Assembly: GCA_002633005.1 (NCBI GenBank)
Contig: NMRA01000005.1
Span: forward strand, 893,001 to 957,000
DNA from: Phoronis australis
Lineage: Eukaryota; Animalia; Phoronida
Direction: 5' to 3'
DNA: 64,000 bases
Shown: one piece after another, positions 51,900-64,000 of the stretch
Layout: every line of letters starts with the position of its first letter
Position numbering within the stretch: the first letter of the stretch is position 1
Program-made: the position numbers and the translations under genes
The notes under the pieces: model-generated
Seen by the model: the letters and a program-made list of their open reading frames with translations, nothing else
The model's database searches: none
Told to the model about the DNA's origin: nothing

Positions 51900-52270
51900 T
51901 GCTTGTTGTATATACCTTGTGAACTTTCTTGTTGGTCTTGTTGGGCCAAAGAGAAGACCTTTTGGCTTCTCTTAAAGTTCTTTTAGTCTGTGTATTCTGG
52001 TACTGATCCATTACCACTTCAGTTTGTAGTCTGTGTGTTATGTAGGCATGTTGACTTGTTCTTTCACAGGTCAGTGTCTTTACATTATGCATGACTGATG
52101 TGTGATAATACAGCCAGCACGCTCCAGTTACTATCAAAAGGTGGCTTTCTCTATGTCCTCAGGCTCACACAGAAATGTTAAGCTGATTGATGAAGAGACT
52201 TCCTATGTTACTTGAGAAGGGCATCACTTAAAGAAAGCTCTTGATATTTTTTATTATACTTGTTGTATTG
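51900..52270. mobile_element. Possible decayed Penelope-like element fragments
   Basis: - strand SQHAYITHR...MDQYQNTQTKRTLREA resembles the GIY-YIG C-terminal half; adjacent + strand KLIDEE...HHLKKALD..YY resembles the Penelope RT thumb. Confidence 0.3.
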
Positions 52271-55200
52271 GTCTAGCTGTATCAGTAGTGCAACTGAATT
52301 GTAATTGATACCGTACATTCAGTCACAGATCCATGCTGGCTATTGTTCCCTGTGCCTGGGTTGTGTTCGGTGTCTTACAATGTTGGTATATACCTGGGAA
52401 TCAGACCAACGATTTATTGATAGAAAAAAGATTCTTCATTTTCTAATCACAGAATAGAAAAATGGTGCAGCTTTTTTTCGGGGCGTTAATCTCATTTATC
52501 ATGTGTAATGTGACATTTCAATTATTGTGGTGTAATTCATTGCCTACATGATCTCCATAGTCATGCTGTAGGCTTCCTAACTGAATATTCAAATTACAGC
52601 ATTGACTACATACTGAAAAGTGAAGGCTGCTATTTATCATTTGCTGAATGGGAATATGTTAATACTTTTCTACTGATCTTGGCCAGGTAGTGTTACCTGG
52701 CTCTATCTCATGATGGTTATTGCAGGCGTTGTTGTGAAGCCAAACTTGGTTTGGTATTGCAAGCACCTTGAGGGTTGTGTTGCAACACCCCTGACCTTTA
52801 ACCTCTGCATTTCACCCGGTGCAGACTGGGTGATGATTCCAATTTTTCAGACTTGCTTATGATGACCAGTGGTTGTATATTTGTCCCAAAATAAGAGACG
52901 ATAGAAAAAAAGGCTTCATTTTCCACTGGTACATTTTCAGCCTCAGCAGTAGCAACTATTATCGCTGTAAATATTTGTAACAAAATTTGTTTTTTCGAAG
53001 ACAGCTACTGCTGATCTCAAATGTATGGTGGGCCACAATGAACACGCAAGAACTTTTATTGAAAGTTGGACAAGCATTGATTATTGCATGACCTGTCTTC
53101 CTTTCCACTGCTGAAGTATTTATACACATTGACACTGATGTTGCTTCAGGGGCCTTTATTTTCTTTACAGTCTCACTTTTGCTCCATGAAGGTCTGAACA
53201 ATTTTTCTATGGTCAACAGAATGATAAGATGCGCCTCTGGTCTCCATTTCAAACAATTAGTCCACATCACTCCTACACCAGCTGCAAGGGTGTGTAGTGT
53301 CAACAACTCAAGTCTGTAGAGTGAAAAAACGCCCTCATGATCCCAGACTAAGAAGTTTTGTCAACATGTGGTTTTTATCTGAAAGTGGGTAATGCCTCAG
53401 TATTTTAAGACCAGCACTCAAAAATTGATAGTGCATTCTGCACACGCTACGTCTGTTAAAATGACTTTTTCCACGATTGTTTTTGTGGGGAAAAGTGAGG
53501 AATTGGAGGAATTTGGTGGCTTGTGTCTGCTAGACATATATATACGCCCTCACTTAATGTTCTAACACTGATGTCCCTGCTTTGAAACCTATAGTGGAAC
53601 AAGCACAGGATAAGCATTACACACAGATAATTTGACAAATTCCTGCTCAGTCATAGATGTGTTTTACAATGTACTTACACTAGTTTTGCTGGGTTTTTAT
53701 GAGAAATTTGCTACCCGACGTATTTTACTGAAGAGCAGACTACAGTCATTTCAAAGTGTTGATCTGTAGTAATACAACTCACAGTGCTGGTTAGAGTTCA
53801 GTAGTTTTCTCTTGGCCAGAAAAATCTAGCCAAAATCAACATTTTCTCGTTTAAAATGCAGTGCACTATCTCTCGTACTCTCGCAAAGTCTTGCTTTTTT
53901 AGCAAGGTCCTAGCGTTACTTAACTTTACCCTTGTCTCTCAAAGTCCAGGAAGACCCAAGAGGTGAGAACAAAAATTGCCTGGAAGTTTTGTGATTTTGT
54001 TTGAAGCAAAGTTGCAATGCATGGAACAAATGAATATGTATGGACTCGGTGTGGAGAAATTTGAGGAATGAGTTGTTTGTATGCATATTTTTGCTTGTTT
54101 AATGTAGACGTTTTTCATCGCCTAAGGGCCTTATGTCGGCATATTTATATGTCTAGTTCACACTAGTTACCCAACCTAAAGGAAATGCCCTGAAGGAACT
54201 TCCCATCAAGTCAACTGAGTGTTCTTGGTACACATCTTACACATTGGTTTTTTACTTTGAATGTTTTCATTATAAGCTTATGTTACACAGAAAGTTCTTT
54301 CCAGAGCAATCGGTAATAGCTTCCTGGAAACTACACTGCTGGCTTGAAGTTTACAAGTTATGTAATATTTCGCAGAAGTGCCAACAAACCCTCAGAAATT
54401 AGCTATAATTGTATCTGTGTACGAGGTACGGTAACGGTACATACAGGTTTTGATGGCGTGAAGAAAGTTGTTTGGGCTTGCGAATAATATGCCAAACTCT
54501 GAACCCCAACTATCAGCTGACTTGGTTGTTAGGCTAATGTTTACATTTAGCCTGTATCAATTCTTTATAGTTTGATATGGAAAAAAGTATTTGTTTAGAA
54601 GATTATGGCAATTTCATATGTGCTTAAAGCATTTCATGGAGATATTATGATCTGAGGAAGTGGTCATTAAGACTTATTCCGTTATCTTGATTAGAGTAAG
54701 TGTGTACGGTACTCTGCTGGTGGTTCGTGTGTGGGTTGTTTTTAATCCAAATCAATCCTGTTGTGGTATTTTGGTGCTAGGGGTTGTAATTATTTGACTG
54801 GTTTCCTCCACTGTATTTTGTGAACTGTAGACTAGGGTACCTTCAATTAAATACCATGAGTCTTCAATTAGGTTGTACCTTAAGTTATGTAACAGTCACT
54901 TGTGAGACACTTGTAGCCAGAAATTTTGTCTCGAGTACAAGTGGGTGTTTTTGCATACATTATGTTCCGTTATTCAACATTCAAGGGTAACCGATCACTT
55001 TTGTTGGCGGCTATTTTGCTAGTTTGCATTCGTAAGATCGTGAAACACTTAGCCTTGAAATTTTGATCTCATAAGCATATATTTGCTTCTAACTTGAAAG
55101 TTGAGGCAAAACCAATAAGTTTAAGCACGTCACCAGATCAAGTAAAAAGTAGAACAAATATTTGTGAGCATTTTTGAGCTCGTTTCAAAGTCTGCAAGCA

Positions 55201-58200
55201 AATTTAGCTAAAGCAGGGACATATCGCTCAATAGCTTGTGCTAAATTCGAACCCTTTATATTGGCCAGATCTTGCTCAACTTTAATGTATCTTCTCTGGT
55301 CACACCGCATAGGCCTAATGCCATCTTTACTGAACCCACTTCTAATATCCAGGTTCAATGTTGAATCCTTGGTTTTGACCCCTGATCTATGGAGCATTTG
55401 TTTTTCACCCGAGTTGACATTGTGTCTCTCACGTGTGTAAGTTTTGTGCATGCTTGAAATGTCTAGCATGGCTCCGGTCCACAGATGCAAGGATCTCGAG
55501 AAAGTCAGTGATCACGTAAATCTTCGGGAGATAATGTGGTGCATTACAAATGAAACGCGTTATCACACGAGCTTTTGTCGCAAATGTCTTGACTTTATGG
55601 AACTCAGTGCTGTTGTTGACCCAGTTCAAACATGGGATGAATATAACCTTCATGTAGTTCAATGAACTGTCCACTTGACTTTTGCTATCAAGTGTCTACC
55701 TTTGAATCGTGATGATGGGCCCCCTACCTGTATCACAGTTGGGTGTTTATGATTGACACCCTCCCCTCCATGATCATGATTGTTGACCTAAAACACTTGA
55801 TCAGTCAATCAATATCTCAACTGATAGTGTAATCACCACCAATACAAATATTTGTCTAGCTGTTTACTGGGATGGTGAAATTTTGGCCTTTTTGTTGTCT
55901 TGTTTATGTCAGAATCTGTGGACAAGTAGTCTTGTATCCACCAACGGTTACACCAGCTCTCTTTCGCCAATTCACTTTGAGGTATTTTTTACACCACAAG
56001 CGGTATTTTTTAGCCAGGGAGTAATTACATGTAATTCGACCTTCTCCGAAGCTATCAGGCTTGTCTCTTTGTCAACTATTTGTTAACATTTCTGTTTATG
56101 GTTTCCCTTGCCATTGTCAGTTCACATTCTTCTGACTTCCAGTCCAGACTTCCATCTATAATTTGCGAGACAAAATTATAGTATTTTTAAATGTTGATAA
56201 GTATACACGACATGCAACTCTTAGTTCTACAGTTTTTCCCTTGTGGCTACAAAATAGTTGAATTTGCTTTTTTAATTGGCCACGTAAGATGAAAGTCGCG
56301 ATAAAATTCTTCACTGACACTCTCATTCTTGAGTCATGTTTGAATGCCCTTAGCAGAATGTTTTTCTAGTATTGCCACAGACATGCACAGGAAAATGGCA
56401 TTGCCATGGTTACTGCCAAACATTCCCCTCTAGTATTGTGGTTGAACATCGGGTCCTTACTTATTTAATGCCTGATTACGATTCTGGAAGGTTGGGTGTT
56501 GACTAACTGTTGACCAAATTCAAATGTTTAGCTGATCCTAAAAGTCACAACCTTTGCAAACAATGACTCACTGAATGGAGCACTTGGGTTAAAACAGGAG
56601 ATGTGTGCTGGCTGAATAAACAGGGCTATTATGAGCATTTAGACACAACAATGATTAATCTGGGTGAGGCCTGTGTGGGAGTCATTTTTGTTGGTGTTGT
56701 GTGGCCTAATTAGCTGATGATTGAATGGTTTTGTTAGTGTTGTTTGGCCTAATTAGCTAATGATTGAATGGTCAATTATGTCACTTCCCAGAAGCACTGA
56801 ATGGTGTTTTTAATTTTGACCCGCTGTGATAAGTAGAGCCTAGCAATGTCAGCATAAAGATAACTGATGCAGTTTAAATGAGAGTGAAAGCTTTATAATA
56901 AACATTCTGTTCAGGTGTACCATTGAAATAGAATACTTCAAAGTTATAGGTCATCTTGAATTTGCAGTTAATGTTAGGGTTTAAAACACTTATCTGGGAT
57001 TCCCAGTTGTGCCTTGATTACCTTCAAGATGATGAGGTCACATTGCGCTAGTGACCTATGCTGCCCCCTGGAATCCAGACTCAGAAGTTCTCTTTTTATC
57101 TGTTCATTTGGTAGGCTGCATTTCGATGTGATCAATGGTGTCCTTGTCTGAAATGTAGGTTTAGTGCCGAAACTCTTTCCATTGAGCAATACTGTATAAT
57201 GTATTTCATTAAGACCCTTCCATGTCTGAAAAAGCGACTGGTAGCAACTAAAGAGATGTGATCATTGTTAAACATTCTCAAGTTAGATGATTTGAAAAGA
57301 CACATATGTGACACCTCCTCATACCAACGGGAGTGTTCTCCAGTGATGCATGATGTTAATAGACAACCTTGTAGATTGGCACAAAGTTAACATTAACTGA
57401 TGACAAATTTGACTAGTTGACATGAGGCACACTTGGACAACCACAGTCTTTACAACCCAACATCCTTTATGTGTTAAAGAATCCCCTGTTAGCTATAGAA
57501 TAGCAAACACTCATCAACAGAACTATCAACAGCTTGTCCGTTTGTGGGGGAGTTGATGGGGTGTGTTTTTGATTCAGTTATAAGTATTATGAACTTAAGT
57601 TTATAAGGCATGTTTGTAAGGCGTGTTTATAAGACATGGAAAAGTGCAGGAGTCTATGCCGTCTAAGTTCAGACTTCACCAGTCTGTTGCATTAACTTGC
57701 TTCAAATCATTCCCACTTTTCTTAATCATGTACTCTTAAGTTGGTGAACTGTGCATTGAAGAAGTCAGTTATTCTTCAGAGGCCTGTTTCTCTAATAGTC
57801 TATGGCCAAAATTAATTTTTTGTCTTTTGGCGTTTTGTCTGCTCCCCAAGCAGGCTATGGATTTCTGTGTTTTGACTGGACTTGTGGACAGATATTCTGA
57901 CTTTAGTCTTAGCCTGATTTATGAAACAGACTAAGTCATCCTTTTTGTAGACTGATTTTTACTCATAAGTCAAAAGACCATAGACTGTGAGAAACAGTAC
58001 TTTTAAATTAGAACCCAGCTGGCTATGTGCTGTTGTTTTTATGTGCGCATATTGCCGTCATCTATGGGCATCCGGTGTCCGCACCTCAACCCTTTGAAAG
58101 ATCTTGGGAAATTTGGCAGATGGGCTCCTATTGAGATGGCAATTGGGCTATAGCTGTGCCCCCTATTGGCAAGGTTTTTTTATGTTTCTTCTATATATTA

Positions 58201-58799
58201 GAGTACCGTGGTATATTTTCATGAAAGTTGGCCAATAGCTGCCACCATCTCAATTGGGACGGGTTATTCTGCGCCATGTAATGGCCATTTTTATGTTACT
58301 AAAAACGTCCATTGAAGCACATCGTTTGCTATGCTGTCGTGGGTGCATTTCAACGCTCTCCGTTGCTCTTGTTTTCTGTCCAGACATTGTTTTGTCTAGT
58401 CGTATGATTATCATAACATCAACATATGTTATTTATTGGTCTATATTTAAATTGACTTTGCCTGTCTGATATCCATGGCAAGGTTAACTTGTTGAGTACT
58501 AATGATTCATCTCACAGCATCATTATGACACTATTAGGTTTCCATTTGTATCATAGTTCATGCGATTTTGTGTTACACTTCAGAAGCTCTACCTGTTTTC
58601 CCAGTTGTAACTGACGTGTTGCGCTGACTAGTTTGGATTTGGAATGTGCGGCTGCATCTCCCCATTCGTTATTTGGGAGAGAAACTTGCAAAATACATTG
58701 ACCTATTTTTTGCTAGTTAAACATTCACACTCTATGCTTTGAATTAAAATTACGTGTGCAGGTGTAAATGAATAGCCTATGTATGTGTTGTAGCTATAA

Positions 58800-58878
58800 T
58801 ATGGTACCCATTATCCTCATGGTACCCATTATCCTCATGGTACCCATTATCCTCATGGTACCCATTATCCTCATGGTG
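58800..58878. repeat. 18-bp tandem repeat (CATGGTACCCATTATCCT) x4
   Basis: Direct reading. Confidence 0.92.
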
Positions 58879-59862
58879 GCCAACATGAATTCTCATTACC
58901 ACATAACCTGTCTCTGTGTTGATTTTTGAAAGCTGTAGCAAAGTGCTGTAAAAATTCTCCAGTGTGGGGGCAGTGTGACTCTCTAGAACTTGGGGCAGGG
59001 AAAATAAAAAAAACTGAATTTTCTTGATTCTAGAACTAACGAAAAAGGGCGATTTTGGCATACTCCATATTTCACCAATTGCAGACAATATGTTTTCAGT
59101 CTACAGAGTGCGGGTAATTTTGCCATCTTTCCGAGGCTTCTTGAATTTGGGACGACCAATATGGTCTATTTCTAGATGACATCCCTCATCACACTGTGGG
59201 AGTTACCCTATGAGAGTTGACTGTGATTGACTTGCCCCTATTCAGCCCAGCATCCACACAACATACTCAGTAACAAATAGGGTGCCAAATAGATTTGACA
59301 CCCATATACGGCTGTAATTACAGTATTTCTGCCTTGTCTACACCATGACTTTTTCTGGCGCAAGTATCATTGGAAGAAATTGTAGAAATTGTCTTACCTC
59401 CATTAGGTGAGGGTAAATTGTCATACGTGTGTCGAGTTCCCCCAGCGCTGTGTCCACACTGCTACTAAACCTGGCGACAACTCGTTCCTGTTAGTAACTT
59501 GTTCCAGGGTAACTTGTAGTGGGGACGGCGCTTAGAGTATAATCTCACCAATTTAGGGCACAGGTATGGCTGACCAGTGAAATTTTTTTTTGTGAAAGAT
59601 AAGTAGCACCAAACAGGCTCCATCATTTGCCAATATCTGTTCTATGGCTGCCATCAGACAATGATTGTGACAAACTGTGGCCTTCCACAGCTATGTTAGA
59701 AGCCATTTGAAATAAAAGGACCAATTTTGACTCTTGTCCGAAATTGATGAGATTTCGCCGTTCTTTGACTTTGCGCATAAGTAGAACAGAAAATATCAGT
59801 TAATTTCTCGAACGAATGTTAAACGGCAGGCCCTGACCACTGCTGTTTCTCTCGTGTTGCAG

Positions 59863-60120
59863 ACAGTTCCGACATTGTGGATGGTAAGCTGAAACTAATC
59901 CTGGGCCTGATATGGACCCTCATTCTTCATTACTCCATCTCTATGCCAATGTGGGATGATGAAGACGAGGTGCCAGATGCAAGCAGGGAGAAAGAGGGAC
60001 CGAAGGCCCGCCTGCTGCGCTGGCTCAACACCAAGGTGCCTGACAAGCCTATCACTAACTTCAACACTGACTGGCAGGATGGTACGGCCATCGGAGCTCT
60101 CGTGGACGCTGTCGCACCCG
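59863..60120 (+). CDS. FLN: Filamin, coding exon 2
   Basis: Acceptor GTTGCAG; (D)[30 protein letters not shown]...[18 protein letters not shown]; donor GTGAGT at 60121. Confidence 0.96.
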
Positions 60121-62139
60121 GTGAGTGTCGTCACTTTGACTGGCTTTGATTTCAGCGTGTTGGCGAGTCGCCATGGAAAGCCGTGAAAATATTAGGGTAG
60201 TCTTGATGTGTGGGAGAGTGGGAAATAGAAAGTATGAAAACAATGGATTGAAATTTTTATAGCATAAAAACTGTCTCATTTTGCGAGGTCACGGATTCAG
60301 TTCCGTTGGACAACTATCGTATTTTTTGTGGGGATAATGACTAACAGAATAAAATGCTGGGATGTCTGTAAAATATGAGGCTCCAGACTACATTATCTGA
60401 CAACTTCAGGCAAAAACGGGGACATGGCAAATCAAAGACTTCTGCACTTGAAGCTAAGTTGCGTGCGTAGATGAAACGATGAAGAACTGCAATAGTTTAT
60501 AACATAAAATGGCAGTAATTTAACCTTTGGGACTCCAGAGGATATAAGCTGGACATGCCATTATCACCATTTGATTACGTTACTCCATGAAAAGAGGGAA
60601 AAAAATGAAAACAAAAACTTGACAGGTAGGCATTTCTTATCTTGACACCATCAGCTTAGTGTGTATAGGTGTGAAGTCACATGTCATCTGTGGAACAAAG
60701 ACTTACATTTGCTCTGGATTACATGTGTTGACTACTCAGTTGCAGTATGTGGTGTCTATTAAAAACTCGCTGCTTCTTGAAATGCTGGACCTCGACATAT
60801 GTGAGGCCCAGTGGTTTGGGTGTTTTCTGGCATTTTTTCTCTATAAAGCTTTTTCTGAAAACAAGATTTTCAAAGAAACAACACATGTTCTATCCTAAAC
60901 CTTGAAAATATTGCCTGGAAGAGAAAAGAACAATAAGATGGCACACAGGAGAAATTTCAAAACTGCTGTAAAATTGTTTTTGCTGCATAGTGTGCAATTA
61001 TACTAGGCTCGGATTAGTGAAAAGTCACAGAAAATGAGGTGAACTTTTGATATTCATCACATAAAGAAATTGTGTGGTAGAAAAATGGATTTTCGGGACA
61101 TGTCTCTTTTGTAGAATACTCTATATTACCTGAAGTTGTCAGGCATTGGGTCGAAAAAATTGTATTTTAAGAGATGGTACTTTTCCTCATGGAAACGTAT
61201 CCAAGTTTATGCTCACCATTAGCATTGCCTAGGTATACATATGTGTGCGCATAAATACGAGCATCTTTCTGTTGTATCTGACTGGGCCTCTGTGCTGCTG
61301 CTCTCAGTCTGGTCTCTTTGTCTCAAATCCGGATGTTTGCGGAATTTAGGAGGCGTGTTTGTGTCAAGGAGGGGACGGCATGTGCTTATTTTTGTTCAAA
61401 TATTGCTGTCCCCTCGGTGACAATTAAATTTTTAGTACATGCCTCTGTATGTACCAAAGCTCCTCAATGGATCTTTGTTAAATTTTACAGCTGTGTTCTT
61501 ACCAAGAAAAAATGTCACCCGCTCCCTTTTCGGACAAATTGGCTTAGTTCTGTGTCCCCCACTGACAATTTTTTCTCATTGATTTTGTACTGTCACCACT
61601 GTGTCTGCCAAACCACTTGAATTGAATTAGACCCTCTACTCCTGTTGGGATGAAGCTGACTTAAGTGCTGAGATATAGTTTGAGCAACACAGATTTTGTT
61701 GCATAAGCCTAATTGAATAAATAAAATAGGTGTTGGAATGCCGTGCAGTTACCCCGAGATGAGAGTGTCTGTACTTATTGAATAGTAAACTGAGGCCGTA
61801 TACAAAGAAATCTCACGAAACATTCTTGGAAAAATGTTCATGGTTGAATCCTAAAACTTCTCCTGTTACTCACAGAATAGACATGACAGCTGTGTCCAAA
61901 TCAAATTTCCAGCTTTTTGTTTCGTAACTGGTTGCTGTTTTGGTATTTCATTGACGGTAACATGTTTTTTGGTACTGTCGAATGTATGCCAGGGCATTAT
62001 TTTGGATTAGGCTTTGCTGCCAAAAATGACTCGCCAGGCTTATTTAGAGAAGTCTCTGAGCTCTGGGCAGCAAGTAGTCACCGTTGCACATTGGTCCACT
62101 TGACCCTGTCTGTATATTCACCGACATCTTTCTCTGCAG

Positions 62140-62237
62140 GTCTCTGCCCTGACTGGGAGGATTGGGAGCCGAAGAACAAGAAACAGAACGCAAAAGAGGC
62201 CATGGACTTGGCTGAGAAGTGGCTAGACATACCGCAG
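62140..62237 (+). CDS. FLN: Filamin, coding exon 3 (gene continues beyond the window)
   Basis: Acceptor TCTCTGCAG; (G)LCPDWEDWEPKNKKQNAKEAMDLAEKWLDIPQ; donor GTAGGT. Confidence 0.95.
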
Positions 62238-62372
62238 GTAGGTGGTGCTTCAGGCTCAGTCTTAACTTAGCCAGGGGATTGTCAGTGTAGGGGTGGTTGG
62301 TAAATCCTTGTCGGTCTAGTACATAGGATATTGGAAAGCAATACTTGACTTGGTTTTGGTGGTGGTGTAAAT

Positions 62373-62540
62373 GTGGATGAGGCTTTTCCTGCTTGGCTTT
62401 TCTCAGTCCAAGGGGTGAATGAGACTTTTTTGCTTGGCCTTTCTCAGTCCAAGAGGTGGATGAGACTTTTTCTGCTTGGCCTTTCTCAGTCCAAGAGGTG
62501 GATGAGACTTTTGTCTGCTTGGCCTTTCTCAGTCCAAGAG
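62373..62540. repeat. ~42-bp tandem repeat x4 in filamin intron 3
   Basis: GTGGATGAGACTTTT..TGCTTGGCCTTTCTCAGTCCAAGAG repeated. Confidence 0.9.
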
Positions 62541-64000
62541 CTAGTGCCTGTCTGAGGAGAAATGACAGGTGCAAGCTATCATTAATAGTTCTGTGTTCAA
62601 GGTATGGTTAGCACATAAATTTCATTCCTTGTAAACCATGCCTTACCTGTCAAGAATGCATTTGCATAGACTGTATTTATGATGAGGTCAGGATGCCCTG
62701 TATGTGGTATAAAGCTGCCTATTTTGGCAGCTGATTGTCATGTGGGCACTTTACAACCCTGTTATGCCCTTCAAATGCTGTGTTCCTATTTGCTTCACAA
62801 ACAGTAAGGATTAGGTGCTATTGAAATTTTATTCTTTTAAAAAAATCAAAAGTTGCAGAAACTTCTAACTATGAATTCGGCTTCTCTCAGCCGCCATGGC
62901 GGGGAATTCTGGGTCATTTTGTTTGCATTGTACCTCTAACGATCCTTTTTCTAGTTGCCTTTAATTACAAATTGGCAAAATTGCTCTTCTCACTAACGAG
63001 ATGAAGTAGTATATTTGCGGTTTTGTGCACCTCAACTTATCCCCAGACTTCAGATTTGACGCCATCTTGAATGCGTACTTAACAAATTAGTGTACAAATG
63101 CCCGTTTTGCAGGTGCAGAGGCTATTGATTTAAAAGATTTTATTTTAGCACAGGGTCTGATGTCAGCCTCAGAAATTCTCCACTGTCAATTTTTAGGAAA
63201 ATACTGCTGTTGGGAATTGTTTTAATAGGTCAACTTTTGCTTGAGGGTTTATGCAAAACAGCAGTAATGATTTCAATGAAAAAATCAAAAGTCGAATGCA
63301 ACGAGGACGAAATGATAATTTGTAAAACTTTTTTGAGATTTCATATTACAGTTATCAAAGGTATTTCATCAATTTTTATTGCTGTTGTTTTGCTATCAGT
63401 GCATATCTTTCTTTTTTGTAAATTTCACTAGGCAGACATGATCACACGACCCAATTGATAACAGATTGGTAAAAAGTCAAAAATCAAATTCTGCAAACTT
63501 TCTACTTTCAGAAACTATGTAGCTTTAATGTAGCTTTAATGGGTTAAAATGTATAGTGTGGTAGATATTTGGCTGAATACCTAGACTTTTCCTAACCTTA
63601 CACTGGTTTTGACAGTAAATTCTATTTGTTTGAACTGGTTGATGGTATTGCATCTGTTTCATGCATCTCCAACTCTGCTGATAGTTTGGTATCCATGCAC
63701 ACAGCCATTTTCTAGGGGTCATCTGCACCTGTGTTTGTTGCAGCAGTTTTCAACTACTCTATGTCTGGATTCTGCTGCCCCTGTTGCTGGGGGTTGTAAC
63801 TATGTGTAAAAATTGTGGGTTGCCCGATGGAGTCGCAGTAGAGAGATGTCTCGAAGTACATGGTGTAGGTGTAACAGATGAACTTGGGTTAAAGTTGGTT
63901 ATTTTAAACAAACGTTGCCCATCATATTAAGATTAAGATTAAGTCGCTATTGTGCAGATATGTTCACAAATAATTGCTGTCCTGCAAATGCATCATTCAT

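Noticed and set aside
62044-62574. 176-aa minus-strand ORF
   Set aside because: Made of a 42-bp tandem repeat plus the antisense of filamin exon 3.

Overview
Intron-rich, AT-rich animal (invertebrate-type) nuclear DNA; the species cannot be determined from the sequence. Three protein-coding units can be assembled exon by exon. (1) A compact 4-exon filamin paralogue on + (3245-9196, 249 aa if spliced like filamin) that encodes only the CH1-CH2 actin-binding domain and stops before the first Ig repeat; its intron-2 donor reads AT instead of GT. (2) A complete 9-coding-exon KIN/KIN17 gene on - (20527-10956, 392 aa). (3) The first three coding exons of a canonical filamin on + (37482-62237, continuing past the window) with a 22 kb first coding intron. 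The rest is intron/intergenic DNA with decayed non-LTR retrotransposons (Hero-like RLE, L1/Tx1, CR1/L2-group 3' ends, possible Penelope), tRNA-derived SINE-like pieces, MITE/foldback elements (one group with 5-bp TSDs) and short tandem repeats. No prokaryotic systems, CRISPR arrays, rRNA or intact tRNA genes were seen. The strongest novelty candidate is the ABD-only mini-filamin and its phase-compatible tandem arrangement with filamin around KIN17. All alignments and family assignments were made by eye.
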